A stretch of DNA of 64,000 bases from an uncultured Phycisphaerales bacterium (GTDB taxonomy: Bacteria > Planctomycetota > Phycisphaerae > Tepidisphaerales > Tepidisphaeraceae), in contig CAWJPJ010000004.1 of the NCBI GenBank assembly GCA_963844715.1, forward strand, positions 128,001 to 192,000, written 5' to 3'. Positions 24,266 to 34,621 of this stretch are shown piece after piece. Positions within the stretch are counted from its first letter, which is position 1. Each line of letters begins with the position of its first letter. A program made the position numbers and the translations under genes. Under the pieces are notes generated by a model. That model did not search any database, was not told the origin of the DNA, and saw nothing but the letters and a program-made list of their open reading frames with translations.

Positions 24266-24364
24266 GATTGGAGTTTTCCTTCCGTGCGGGCGATCCTACC
24301 ATTAGAAGATGTTCAATTCACGTGCCGATGCGGCCGATGAATTGAAACCGCGCTAAACGGGAAG

Positions 24365-25523
24365 ATGGCCCAAATTGCTGAAATCCTGCGGCAGACGATC
24401 GGCTACGATCCGCAGGCCGATTTTGAAGCCTTTGTGCGCCAAGCTCCGGCGAAATGGGCCGTGTATCTTTTGGCCGACGGCGACGATCGGCCGCTGCAGC
24501 TTCTGTGCGTAAAGAATCTGCGGAGCAGTCTGAAGAATCGCCTGGGGGAGCATGATCCGGCGCAGCCGAGTAAGCGGGTCGATTTCCGGCAGGTCGTTCG
24601 CAAGATTTCCTGGCGGAGGGTGGATAGCGCCTTTGAGTCGGACATTGTTTATCACGACCTGGCCAAGAGAATCTTCCCGGAAACTTACAAAGGCATGGTC
24701 GGGCTCCGGCCGGCGTGGTTTTTGCACGTCGATCCGGAGGCTAATTTCCCACGTTATGTGAAAACGCATCAGCTCGACGAAAAGCCTGGGCTATATCTTG
24801 GCCCGCTTGATGACAAACACGCGGCTGCTCGGTTGATCGAGCTGGTGGAAGATAGTTTCGATCTGTGCCGGTACTTCAATATTCTCACGGAAGCCCCGCG
24901 CGGGCGGCCATGCGCTTACAAGGAAATGGGGAAATGCCCGGCACCGTGCGATGGGTCGATCTCGATGGATCAATATCGTCATCTCATTGCCTGGAGCGCG
25001 ACAGACTCTGATCGATCCGCATCCTTTTGTGCGCGAGCAGAAGGCGCGGATGGCTCAAGCCGCGGCCGATCTGCGATTTGAATCGGCTCAAAAGATCAAA
25101 ACGTTCATTGAGCAAATTTCCCAGTTCGGCAAGGGCGTGTTCCGGCACGTTCACAGGTTGGAAGACTTTGCGTACGTCACTTTGCAAGCCGGGCCGATGC
25201 CCGGGGCGGCTAAGCTGTTCCTTATCCGCTCGACGGGGGTCGAGGAAATATTGAACATTACGGACGATCGATTTCGTTGCAGTGAACTGATGGCGACGAT
25301 CCTGACCGCAGCGGAGCACCGGCCGCATGCGGCGGCCGATGCTGAGCTGATCGGGATTGTCACGCATCATCTTTTCTGGCCGAAGCAATCGAGCGGGGTG
25401 TTCTTGCCGCTGGCGGATATTTCGGAGCAAGGTCTGAGCAAAGCGTATAGAGAATTGGGGCGGCAAAAGCCGCCTGAGGAAACGGAAGGGGAGGGGGTTA
25501 CGAAGGAATTACAGGCGATGTGA
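24365..25523 (+). CDS. UvrC/Cho-like protein (degenerate GIY-YIG, Cys cluster, UVR domain), 1 frameshift near 25000
   Basis: AVYLL...KNLR, FDLCR...CAYKEMGKCPAPCDG, MAQAAADLRFESA. Confidence 0.7.
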
Positions 25524-25529
25524 TAAACG

Positions 25530-25558
25530 TTGACTGGGCGAAACGCCGATATTAAACT
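25530..25558 (+). promoter_or_regulatory. Sigma70 promoter of the phd-vapC operon
   Basis: TTGACT-N17-TAAACT followed by the imperfect repeat ACTAGTCTA/ACTGGTCTA (possible operator). Confidence 0.55.
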
Positions 25559-25590
25559 AGTCTACGACTGGTCTAAATTCGAGGTGGCAT

Positions 25591-25848
25591 GTGGATATAC
25601 GTTCATCCAATAGCGTCGGGGCTTATGATGCCAAAACGAGGTTTTCCGAACTTCTGGAGAAAGTGGAAGGCGGCGAGGAGATCACCATCACTAAACATGG
25701 AAACCCCGTCGCCAAGCTAGTCCCGCTTCGCGTGAAATCGACGCCGGAGCGACGTCGGGCCGCGATTGCCCGCTGGCGCGAGATATCAAAAGATATCAAG
25801 TTGCGCGGCTTGAAAATCCGCGACATGATCGATGAGGGCCGACGTTGA
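25591..25848 (+). CDS. Phd/YefM-family antitoxin
   Basis: VGAYDAKTRFSELLEKVEGGEEITITKHGNPVAKLVP. Confidence 0.92.
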   Translation: MDIRSSNSVGAYDAKTRFSELLEKVEGGEEITITKHGNPVAKLVPLRVKSTPERRRAAIARWREISKDIKLRGLKIRDMIDEGRR

Positions 25849-26264
25849 CTCCTGATTTCGTCCTTGATGCCTCGATGGCTCTGGCTTGGTGCTTCCCGGA
25901 GGAAGCCACCAGTATCAGCAAAAAGTTATTAGAACAAATGGACGTGGGATCGGCTGTCGTGCCGGGGTGGTGGTTCGTCGAAATCGTTAATGTGCTTTCA
26001 ATCGCCGAACGCAAGCGGCGGATCGAGCCTTCGCAGGTGAAGGCCTTCATCGAAACAATCGACCTGCTAACACTCGATGTGGATAATGATGCCTCGAACC
26101 GCGCGTTTACCCATCTGTTGCCTTTGTGTCGGCAGTATTCCTTAACCAGTTATGACGCAATCTACTTGGACCTATCGGCACGGCGCCAATTGCCGCTTGC
26201 CACACTGGACGTGCCTCTGGCTAAAGCGGCCAAGAAATTGGGAATATCCGTACTCGGCCGGTGA
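25845..26264 (+). CDS. vapC: VapC (PIN domain) toxin
   Basis: FVLDAS, EIVNVL, LTSYDAIYL, LATLD; overlaps the antitoxin stop. Confidence 0.92.
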   Translation: MTPDFVLDASMALAWCFPEEATSISKKLLEQMDVGSAVVPGWWFVEIVNVLSIAERKRRIEPSQVKAFIETIDLLTLDVDNDASNRAFTHLLPLCRQYSLTSYDAIYLDLSARRQLPLATLDVPLAKAAKKLGISVLGR

Positions 26265-26267
26265 CAC

Positions 26268-26358
26268 CTGACCAAACTCTACGAGGGGCTCGGCCGACGA
26301 ACGTCCCCTGAAGAAACGGAAAGGGCATAGGTTCACGAAGGAATTATGGGCGATGTGA
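26268..26358 (+). pseudogene. Diverged duplicate of the last 30 codons of the UvrC-like gene (25434-25523)
   Basis: LTKLYEGLGRRTSPEETERA*V(+1)TKELWAM* versus LSKAYRELGRQKPPEETEGEGVTKELQAM*. Confidence 0.85.
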
Positions 26359-26364
26359 GTTCTT

Positions 26365-26403
26365 CCTCATGGCCTGGGTACTCCGGGGAGAGGGTTGGGG
26401 TGA
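26365..26403. repeat. REP-like repeat copy
   Basis: GGGTACTCCGGGGAGAGGGTTGGGGTGA, similar to 63747-63789. Confidence 0.7.
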
Positions 26404-26458
26404 ACGGAGTTCGCGTTGTTTCGTCCCCCCTGCCGGAATCGCCCACTATAATAATCAA

Positions 26459-27406
26459 GTGCCCAATTCGCCCCCATTGTTGGTTGATCGCTTCCGCGGC
26501 TGCCTTCTAGGTTTGGCCGTCGGAGATGCCCTCGGCGCGCCGTATGAAGGCCTAACCGGCGAAACCATCTATCGGCACTTCGGGCGTGTAGATCGCCTGC
26601 TCGCGAATTTGGATTCCCGCGTCATCACGTATACAGACGACACGCAGATGACGATTGGTTTAGCTGAATGCCTGCTGCACCGTGATTCGATCGATAAAGA
26701 TCATCTAGCGGAGTGTTTTCGAGCGAACTATCAACCCGACCGAGGCTATGGCGCAGGGATGCGGAAAATACTGGATACGATGACGGAGGGGGGCGATTGG
26801 GAACCGCTGGTACAGTCGCTCTTTCCAGGAGGTTCATTTGGAAATGGCGCGGCGATGCGCGTCGCTCCGGTCGGATTGGCATTCCATGGAGACGCACTTT
26901 ACTTGCGGGACCAGGCCGCCAAATCGGCTACAGTAACTCATTTACATCCCCTGGGAGTTGACGCAGCCGTGATCGTGGCGACGGCCGTTTCTTTCCTGAT
27001 TCGAGAACCCAAATTCGATGCGCAGGCGTTTTACGCCGAACTGGTTGATGCCGCAACAACCGAGGAATTTCAGTGGCAACTTCGCACGGCGGGCCGTTTG
27101 GATCCGATGGACATGATATCATTTGGAAGTACTTTGGCGGCCCATCGCTCTGTGACCACCGCAATCACCTGCTTCAGCGTCTGGCCCGATTCCTACGAAC
27201 GGACAATAGCCAGGGCAATTGGTATGGGTGAAGACACCGATACGCTGGCGGCGATTGCCGGAGCGCTGAGTGGCGCACACCTGGGCGTGGACGCCATCCC
27301 ACAGAGTTGGTCGTCCAAGCTTGAAAACGGGGGGAAAGGCAGAGATTACATCCACAGAACTGCCAGGGCATTATGCGATAAATGGTGTGGGCCAAAAGCG
27401 GAATGA
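26459..27406 (+). CDS. ADP-ribosylglycohydrolase (DraG family)
   Basis: GLAVGDALG, YTDDTQM, SFGNGAAMR, DTDTLAAIAGAL. Confidence 0.92.
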   Translation: MPNSPPLLVDRFRGCLLGLAVGDALGAPYEGLTGETIYRHFGRVDRLLANLDSRVITYTDDTQMTIGLAECLLHRDSIDKDHLAECFRANYQPDRGYGAGMRKILDTMTEGGDWEPLVQSLFPGGSFGNGAAMRVAPVGLAFHGDALYLRDQAAKSATVTHLHPLGVDAAVIVATAVSFLIREPKFDAQAFYAELVDAATTEEFQWQLRTAGRLDPMDMISFGSTLAAHRSVTTAITCFSVWPDSYERTIARAIGMGEDTDTLAAIAGALSGAHLGVDAIPQSWSSKLENGGKGRDYIHRTARALCDKWCGPKAE

Positions 27407-27421
27407 TGCGCCCCATCCAAA

Positions 27422-27655
27422 ATGACAGTCCAAGCCCTTCATAAGCTGCACAGTGCCCGTCCATTTGTTCCGTTCGACTTACGGCTCGGGGACGGGCAAC
27501 GCTTGCCTGTCGAGCATCCCGAAATGCTCGCGTATTCTCCGAAGAGCCGATTGGCGACGGTCTATTTCAGAAATGGCTCATTTGAGATCGTCGATTTGCT
27601 TCTCGTCACTGGCTTGGAAGTGAAGGCAAACGGGCAGAAACACCGTCGGCGGTAG
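27422..27655 (+). CDS. Small hypothetical protein
   Basis: RPFVPFDLRLGDG..LPVEHPE, a pattern I recall from planctomycete small proteins. Confidence 0.65.
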   Translation: MTVQALHKLHSARPFVPFDLRLGDGQRLPVEHPEMLAYSPKSRLATVYFRNGSFEIVDLLLVTGLEVKANGQKHRRR

Positions 27656-27685
27656 TTCCTCCGCGCAGGGGCGGAAAGGATACAA

Positions 27686-27928
27686 ATGAAAGGCAGACAA
27701 AAAGGCCGCCCGACCAATTGGGTTAAGGCAAGTATTTCCGAATATGTGAACGTCGGAAAGCCGGGCGTTCAGTTTGAGGTTTGGGCCAAATGGAAGCGCA
27801 CGCCGAGCAAATTAGGCACGCTGACCGTCAGCATTGGCGGCTTACGATGGCGCCGTCAGAACGGAAAGCTCTCCCGTCAAATTAGCTGGAACACCGTCGC
27901 CGAATGGTTTGATTCAACCGAAAGATAA
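27686..27928 (+). CDS. Small hypothetical protein
   Basis: 80-aa ORF with SD (AAGGA), same strand as neighbours. Confidence 0.55.
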   Translation: MKGRQKGRPTNWVKASISEYVNVGKPGVQFEVWAKWKRTPSKLGTLTVSIGGLRWRRQNGKLSRQISWNTVAEWFDSTER

Positions 27929-27936
27929 AAAGCGCG

Positions 27937-28871
27937 TTATCCTCTGGGATGATACTTCCGATGTACGGCCTTTAACCGGGTGTCGTCCACATGGGTGTAA
28001 ATCTGCGTTGTTCCGATATCGCTGTGGCCGAGTAATTCCTGAACTACGCGCAAATCTCGCCGCCGCCGATTAGGTGGGTTGCGAAGCAGTGGCGCAGGGT
28101 GTGGGGTGAGACGTCTTTTAGGAGGCCGCAGGAGCGGCCGTACTTTTCGACGAGCATCCAAAGGGCGATGCGATCGAGCGGGCGGCCTGTGCGCGATAGA
28201 AACATTCTTTCATCGTTTCGCCGGTTTAGCTTGGGGCGGGATTCCTGCAAATAAAGCTTGATGGCTTCCAGCGCGGCTTTTCCTACGGGGACGAGCCGCT
28301 CTTTTGATCCCTTGCCTAGAACGCGTACTACGCCCACCTGTAGATTCACGTCATTCAATTTTACATGGCACAATTCGCTGGCTCGCAAGCCGCTGGCATA
28401 GAGCAGTTCCAGGATCGCCACGTCGCGGGTGTAAAACGGCGACTCGGGATCGGGGGCGGCGATCAGTTGATTTACCTGGGCGCGGCTCAGGACCTTGGGC
28501 AGGCTTCGCTCGGGCTTGGGTCTTTCTAGCTGGCGCAAAATGGCCGGTGCGTTGGGATAATCGGCGGCTAGAAATCCCAGGAGCGATCGGATTGCCGCGA
28601 GGCGGCGGGAGACGGTTTTGGTGGATTTCCCCTGGCGGGACTGGTTTTGGAGATATTGGCGGAAGTCGTCCGCCTTGGCGGTCAGGAGGTTTTTGCGCCT
28701 GCCGGTTAGAAAATCGTGGGTGTCTTCGAGGTCGCGGCGGTATGCCTGGAGTGAGTTTTCGGCCAGGCCCCGTTCAGCGGCGAGATGGGTCAGGAAATGG
28801 CGAATCTGCGGCTGCGGGATTCGGCTTTCGCCGGGTGATCGTGACCTGGACGTTACGACTTGCGGCTTCAC
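27937..28871 (-). CDS. xerD: Tyrosine recombinase XerD, 1 frameshift near 28060
   Basis: [56 protein letters not shown]-terminus. Confidence 0.88.
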
Positions 28872-29057
28872 GATTCGACTCCAATTGCCGCATTCTACGT
28901 TCCACGCGGAGTTGCAGATAGGCGGGGCAGGCCCGGAAGCGGCCAAAGCAGTATTTGAACGCGTACTGCATCGCGTCGAGGCGGAAATTCTCGGCGCAGC
29001 GGGGATCCGCGGCATTTAGGAACGGACAGTGCTGGCCGGGTGCGGAGGCAGCCATTG
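28774..29057 (-). CDS. Cys-rich hypothetical protein
   Basis: HCPFLN..DPRC...YCFGRFRACPAY, four spaced Cys. Confidence 0.5.
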
Positions 29058-29152
29058 GGGTTCGGTCATTTATCGGCCAACGCGCGCACGGGCCGTGAGG
29101 CATCGTGGCAAACCCAGTTATAGGATGTTGAAAACTTCGGGAATTCTGGGCG

Positions 29153-29440
29153 TCAGGCGGCGACGGTTTCGCCGGCGGGGACTTCGGGCAGCTTTCGCGT
29201 CTGCAAACAGACGGCGATGAACAGATGCTTGAGCCGCTCGAGCGGCTGACGATCGAGGAACTCAGGCGTGAAATCCACCGGAAAAGACGCGGGAAATTCG
29301 TTAAATTGGCGCACCAGAGACGGCTTGTCCAAACTGGATACAACCCGAATCAATTCTTCGACCTGGTCTGACTCCATTTCCACTCCGTATATTGTAGACC
29401 CGTCGCGGTGTATCGTTGCGAAAATCTTAAGATTCAACAA
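29153..29440 (-). CDS. Hypothetical protein
   Basis: Protein-like ORF (FPVDFTPEFL...LKHLFIAVC); real start possibly near 29377. Confidence 0.5.
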   Translation of the reverse strand: MLNLKIFATIHRDGSTIYGVEMESDQVEELIRVVSSLDKPSLVRQFNEFPASFPVDFTPEFLDRQPLERLKHLFIAVCLQTRKLPEVPAGETVAA

Positions 29441-29877
29441 AATAAATCGATCAAATTTCCTCTGTGAAGAATATCGGGCTCACGAACAACGATCTTTATC
29501 TTCGGCGGAATCTTCGCCGGCTGCTGCCACGGTAAAACTTTCCAGGGCGGCTGCGGCGCCGCCTCGATGCTCGGCGAGGTCGCGACGCCGGATTTCGGGC
29601 CGCCGTGCGGCGCTTCCGGGGCCTCGCGCGTGGGCCAGGGAACGGGGGCGTAGTACGGCTGGGGGCGAATCTCCTGCCGCGGCAAATAACGCGGCTCGGG
29701 GTGAATCACCGGCCGGGGGCAGTACTCCGGCGAGCAATTCCCAGCCGGGCCGTTTGCGGTTTCGGGCGGACACCCACTCGAGCCCGGCCCTCCTGCCGGG
29801 CCCACGTGGATTCCTCCCGGATCCGTGCCGCCATTCATCGCGGCGCGGAGGAGCTTGACCAGGTCGAGCTGCGCCAT
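29434..29877 (-). CDS. Pro-rich hypothetical protein
   Basis: Ends in GNLIDLFC; start uncertain. Confidence 0.4.
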   Translation of the reverse strand: MAQLDLVKLLRAAMNGGTDPGGIHVGPAGGPGSSGCPPETANGPAGNCSPEYCPRPVIHPEPRYLPRQEIRPQPYYAPVPWPTREAPEAPHGGPKSGVATSPSIEAAPQPPWKVLPWQQPAKIPPKIKIVVREPDILHRGNLIDLFC

Positions 29878-30119
29878 CGCGACGATCAGGGCCGGATTGA
29901 ATTGGGAACCGATCTGCACTGCGCCATACGAAGCAAAAGGGCGCGGGCACGGGTTCACTCGATCCGCCCGGCGATCAAAATCGCTCGGATATTCCGAGCT
30001 GAAATGGAATCTCCAATTAAAACGGCCCGGCGTCAAATTGGTCCGTTTATGACGGATGTTGTCCTAAAACAACGTGATGCGGGTAAGATGTCCGCTTAGC
30101 GGAACGTGGGTGACGAGGA

Positions 30120-31191
30120 ATGCGAACCGACGATCTCGATTTCAAACTTCCGGAAGAATTGATCGCGCAAACGCCTGCCGAGCGCCGGGGCGACTCGCGG
30201 CTTCTTCATTACGAGCGACAGACCGGTAAAATCGAGCATCTCCGCTTTTCGGAACTGCCGCCGCTGCTTAATCGCGGCGATCTGCTGGTTTTCAACGACG
30301 CGAAGGTCATCCCCGCCAAGTTTGATCTGAAAAAAATCACCGGCGGGCGAATCGAGGGACTTTTTCTTTCCGAGCCGTCGCCCGGCAAATGGCAAGTGTT
30401 GCTGAAAAACCTCGGCGATACCCCGGAAGGCACGCAACTGACGTTTGAAAACGCAGCGGCCCTATCCGCGCAAGTCGAAAAAAATCTTGGGCAGGGCGAA
30501 TTCTTACTTTCGATCTCCGCCTCTCCGGGGACTCGGGTGGAGGGCAAGGGTGGGGGCGCTTTGGAGATTCTGCAAAAAATCGGGCGGATGCCGCTTCCGC
30601 CCTATATCAGGCGTGAGAAATCCGCCGACCCGCGCGATGCCCTTGATCGCGATCGTTATCAGACCGTGTACGCCCGCGTTCCCGGGGCGGTTGCGGTGCC
30701 GACGGCGGGATTTCACTTTTCGCAACAAATTCTCGATCAGCTGGATCTTCACGGGGTCGAGCGGGCAAATATCACGCTGCACGTCGGGCTGGGAACGTTT
30801 AAGCCGATCGAGACTGATACGCTTGAAGCGCATCCCATGCATGCCGAAACGTACGAGATCACGGAGCAGGCCGCCGCGGCGCTGAATCGCGCCAAATTCG
30901 AGAGCCGTAGGATTATTGCCGTGGGGACGACCAGCGCTCGGGTGGTCGAGAGCCAACCCTGCGCACTATCCATTCCAGGCCAAAACCGATCAAACCAACT
31001 TATTCGTCTTTCCGCCCTATCGATGGCGGCATATCGGCGGGCTTTTGACGAATTTTCACCTGCCCCGGAGCACATTGATCGCCTTCGTCGCGGCCTTGGT
31101 GGGGTTGGAACAGCAACGGAAGATTTACGACGAGGCGATCGCGCAAAAATACCGCTTCTTCAGCTACGGCGACGCGATGTTTATCGATTAG
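30120..31191 (+). CDS. queA: S-adenosylmethionine:tRNA ribosyltransferase-isomerase, 1 frameshift near 30970
   Basis: LPEELIAQ, PLPPYIRR, YQTVYA, TLHVGLGTF, TNFHLPRST, YRFFSYGDAM. Confidence 0.95.
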
Positions 31192-32143
31192 AAGTGGAGG
31201 AATCCGCGGGGGAGGGGAAAGCCCGCCAGCGGTTGGGTGGCCAGAGGATTGCGGTCACGCGGGCGACAATCCGGCTGCGTGGCATGGCGCCCGGCTGATG
31301 CCCGTCCATCGAGGGGAAAAATCGCGAGTCGCCGGAAACCACGGTGTTGTCGCCGAGGAGATAATATTCATCGGGACCCAAGGTGATGGGATTGCCCCAG
31401 CAGCCGTATGCGGCGGTGGCGCTCGGCCCGTAGAGAATGTCGCCGTCGGTGTCCATCGGCAAATACTTTTCCACGCCGTCCGGGAGGGTCGCCAGCTGGT
31501 CGTTGATCATGACGCCGTCGCCGGTGATTTCGATTTTTTCGCCCGGAAGGCCAATCACCCGTTTGAAAATTTGCGGCTCGTCGGGAAAGGGGGAATTCGC
31601 CACGACAAGGTCCCAGCGCGCAAACGGCGCGCCGCGACGATCCAGAAACCAGTCGCTTGTTCCGACGGTCGGAGCCATGCTGGACGTCGGGGTGTAGCAA
31701 ATCTCGAAACAGTCCGTCAGCAGATAGTTCGTCGCCTCGTGCTGAAGGAAAAACGAAATCATCACGAGCATCACGGCGACGATGTAGCGGATGGACGACT
31801 CGGCCAGCATGCTGGTTCGCGATCGGACAGCGCACACCGCCGCATCCACTAGGTGGCAGATTTGGCCCAGTACGGCCAGGGGGACGGCGAGCGGGAGAAT
31901 GGTCACGTACCGCGGTTCCAGAAACCCGACGAGCATCGCGCGAAACAGACCGCTCACCACGACGAACCAGACGATTGTGCGCGTATAGTATCCCGCCAGC
32001 ACATGTCCCAGCCCGGGGCAGAGCAGGCCGTGCAGCAAGCTGAGGAAGACCTTGCCGCCGTTGGGCGAGCGCATGGCGGGATGGTTTTTCGCCGCCATCA
32101 TCTGAAGGGCTTGTTCGAGGGCTGGATCTTCTTGGTTGCTCAT
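31181..32143 (-). CDS. lepB: Signal peptidase I, paralog A
   Basis: SSMAPT (Ser), KRVIGLPG (Lys), LLGDN..SGDSR. Confidence 0.85.
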   Translation of the reverse strand: MSNQEDPALEQALQMMAAKNHPAMRSPNGGKVFLSLLHGLLCPGLGHVLAGYYTRTIVWFVVVSGLFRAMLVGFLEPRYVTILPLAVPLAVLGQICHLVDAAVCAVRSRTSMLAESSIRYIVAVMLVMISFFLQHEATNYLLTDCFEICYTPTSSMAPTVGTSDWFLDRRGAPFARWDLVVANSPFPDEPQIFKRVIGLPGEKIEITGDGVMINDQLATLPDGVEKYLPMDTDGDILYGPSATAAYGCWGNPITLGPDEYYLLGDNTVVSGDSRFFPSMDGHQPGAMPRSRIVARVTAILWPPNRWRAFPSPADSSTSNR

Positions 32144-32163
32144 GGGCGCCTTGGTTTGAGGGA

Positions 32164-33099
32164 TTAGAAGAACTTGCGGTAGTGCGCCGGCGGCCAGAGG
32201 ACCAGCATCACGCGGCCGACGATCTGATCCGCGGGGACGGCTCCCGGCTGGTGGCCCTCGATGGCGGGGAAGAACCGCGAATCGTCGGACGCCGGGCTGT
32301 TGTCGCCGAGCAGGAAGTATTCATCGGAGGCAAGTTGGATCGGCTTTCCCCAGCATCCCACGGCCGCGTTCAATGGATCGGGGGCTGACATCAACTCATT
32401 CCATTTGTCGACTGGAACATACCAATCGACGCCCGGCGGGAGCACGGTCAATTGCCCGTCGATCAAGAGCCCATCCCCAGTGATCTCGAGTTCTTCGTCG
32501 GGAATGCCCACCACGCGTTTGCACAACTGCGCGGGCGTGTTCTTCAGCGGGCTATTGATCGACACCAGGTCCCAGCGATCAAACGGATAGTTGCGCACGA
32601 CCAAAAAGAAGTCGCCGGGAACGATCGTCGGCGCCATGCTTGAGGCGGGGCAGCACTCGATTTCGGCGATGTTGTCGCGGAGGTAAACGGTCGCGGCGTG
32701 CTGCCAGGCGATTGCCGCGGACAGGCAGAGAATCGCCGCCCCGAAGCGTGTGCCGCGATCCCCGAGCATTTTGGCCGCGGAATTGCGGCAGCAGCGCGAG
32801 GCGCTGATGCACTGCGAAAAATGCAGGACGATCGCAACCGGGCCCAGGATGACGATATACGGGAAATAGCGCGGCTCGGTGAGGGTGACGATGACGCTGG
32901 CGGCCATGATCCACATGACGATGAAGCAGGTCGCGCCGAGGTTCAGCCAACCGCCGAAGATGTGGCCCATTCCCGGGCAGAGCAGGGAGCCGCACAGACC
33001 GAGGAATCCACGGCTGGGATCGCGCCGGGACGGCGGGGGGGCCAGCTTCGGCAAGGTCATGCGGAGCCGGTTTGCTATTCGCGGATCAGTGGGCGCCAT
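32164..33099 (-). CDS. lepB: Signal peptidase I, paralog B
   Basis: SSMAPT, KRVVGIP, LLGDN..SDDSR. Confidence 0.85.
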   Translation of the reverse strand: MAPTDPRIANRLRMTLPKLAPPPSRRDPSRGFLGLCGSLLCPGMGHIFGGWLNLGATCFIVMWIMAASVIVTLTEPRYFPYIVILGPVAIVLHFSQCISASRCCRNSAAKMLGDRGTRFGAAILCLSAAIAWQHAATVYLRDNIAEIECCPASSMAPTIVPGDFFLVVRNYPFDRWDLVSINSPLKNTPAQLCKRVVGIPDEELEITGDGLLIDGQLTVLPPGVDWYVPVDKWNELMSAPDPLNAAVGCWGKPIQLASDEYFLLGDNSPASDDSRFFPAIEGHQPGAVPADQIVGRVMLVLWPPAHYRKFF

Positions 33100-33268
33100 G
33101 GCTATTGTCCCGTAAGGGCGGGCGAAACTGCCCCAAAAAACGGCAGGGAGAGACCGCCAATAGTTAATCGACTGGATGAATGGGGGCGAAGACTACGAAT
33201 CCGCCTAAAACCGGGGCGCGGAGATGCTATGGGACCTTAAAGGGCGAAATTCCTTCGAATAGGGCGGG

Positions 33269-34621
33269 TCAGGATTGAGCTTTTGTTGGCGTCTTTCGAT
33301 TTCGGCGTCGTGCCAGGATCATCGCGCCTGCCCCGCCAAGAAGGGCCATGGTGGTCGGTTCAGGGACGAGAACCGGCGTGAGGCCGATCAGGACTACGTC
33401 GTTGCCGCCGGTTGGCGAGATGTCGGCTGAGCTGTAGCTCGAGTTGGCCGTATTCGTGAAGTTGATCTGGCCGCTGTAGCTGATTGTCCAGCTATAGGTG
33501 CTCGACCCGAAGGCGGCACTGATCGTGGCGCCTTGTGTGAAGACCGTGGAGCCATCGACCGAGTAGAAGGCTTTCGGGTAGGTACCGGAGCCGGAAATCA
33601 AGGTTTCGTCGAATAGGCCCAGGTTCACGTATGTCGCGCCGATCGTACTGGGCGTAACAACCGTTCCCGGCGAATCATCCAACACGAGGTTAAGACGCGA
33701 CGAAATGTTGGTGTTGTTTTGGAGGTGCAGGATACCCTGACCGGATTCGGCGTTGCCCTGGTTCACGTTTCCCTGGATGGGCGTCGTGCCGGGGTTACGT
33801 GAGTTGGTATCAAGGTGGAACTCGACGATTCCGATCGTGCCCTTCATGTTCGTGTTGGTGGCAAACTGGAATCCGTTCTGGCTGAGAATCGCTCCAGCGG
33901 GGCCGTCGCTATAGACGGTGAAGTAACCGACGCCGGCCGAAGTCCTGGTCAGACCCGTGCTGCAAGCACCCGAGCCGAGCTGGATGCCTTGTTCGGCATC
34001 GAGTGTGCCTCCGTGATATTCGAAGGTCCCGGAGCCAATAGCCGTTCCGGCCTTGTTCGTACCTTGGATTTTGACTGAGCCGATGGTGAGGAACGCTCCG
34101 CCGTTAAGAGCCAGGATTCCCTGGCTATCGCGGCCGATCGTGATTGTGCCGGCAACGATGGTGCCGCTTTCAATCGTTAGCTTATTCGGGGCGGCTTACG
34201 TTCCGGTGACCGACGAGATATAGAGCGAGCCGGAAATGTTGTCCAGGTTTGCCGTATACGCCGCATGCGGTCCCCCCGGCGTATTTGGATCGTTGGCGGG
34301 GTCGAACAGCAGTCCAATCGCGGGCATGATGCTGTTGTCGGCGTCAATGTTTATCGCGGCCGGGGCAGTCGTGTAACTTTCCGGAAGAGTTCCGGTAACG
34401 CCATTCTGGTTCCAGTTCGAGGTATTGAACCACCAAATGGGACCGTAGATGATAATCGGGGGCGTTTCGCTGGCACTGGTGACTTGCATATCGATTTCGG
34501 CGTGAACCAGTTTGGGGGTGGCGGCGAAGACGGCCGCCGCGACCACGGCGCCTGCGGCCAGTCCTTCCCACTTTGAAATCCGAGACCGCCGCGCCGAGGG
34601 GTTGCCATCTACGATACTCAT
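33269..34621 (-). CDS. PEP-CTERM sorting-domain protein (frameshifted)
   Basis: C-terminal VPEPTTMALLGGAGAMILARRR; N-terminal signal peptide in ORF 34196-34675. Confidence 0.8.

Noticed and set aside
25591..28871. Integron (tyrosine recombinase next to an array of small genes)
   Set aside because: The recombinase has XerD features (HPRG end, no IntI-specific insertion), and I found no attC-like sites between the genes.
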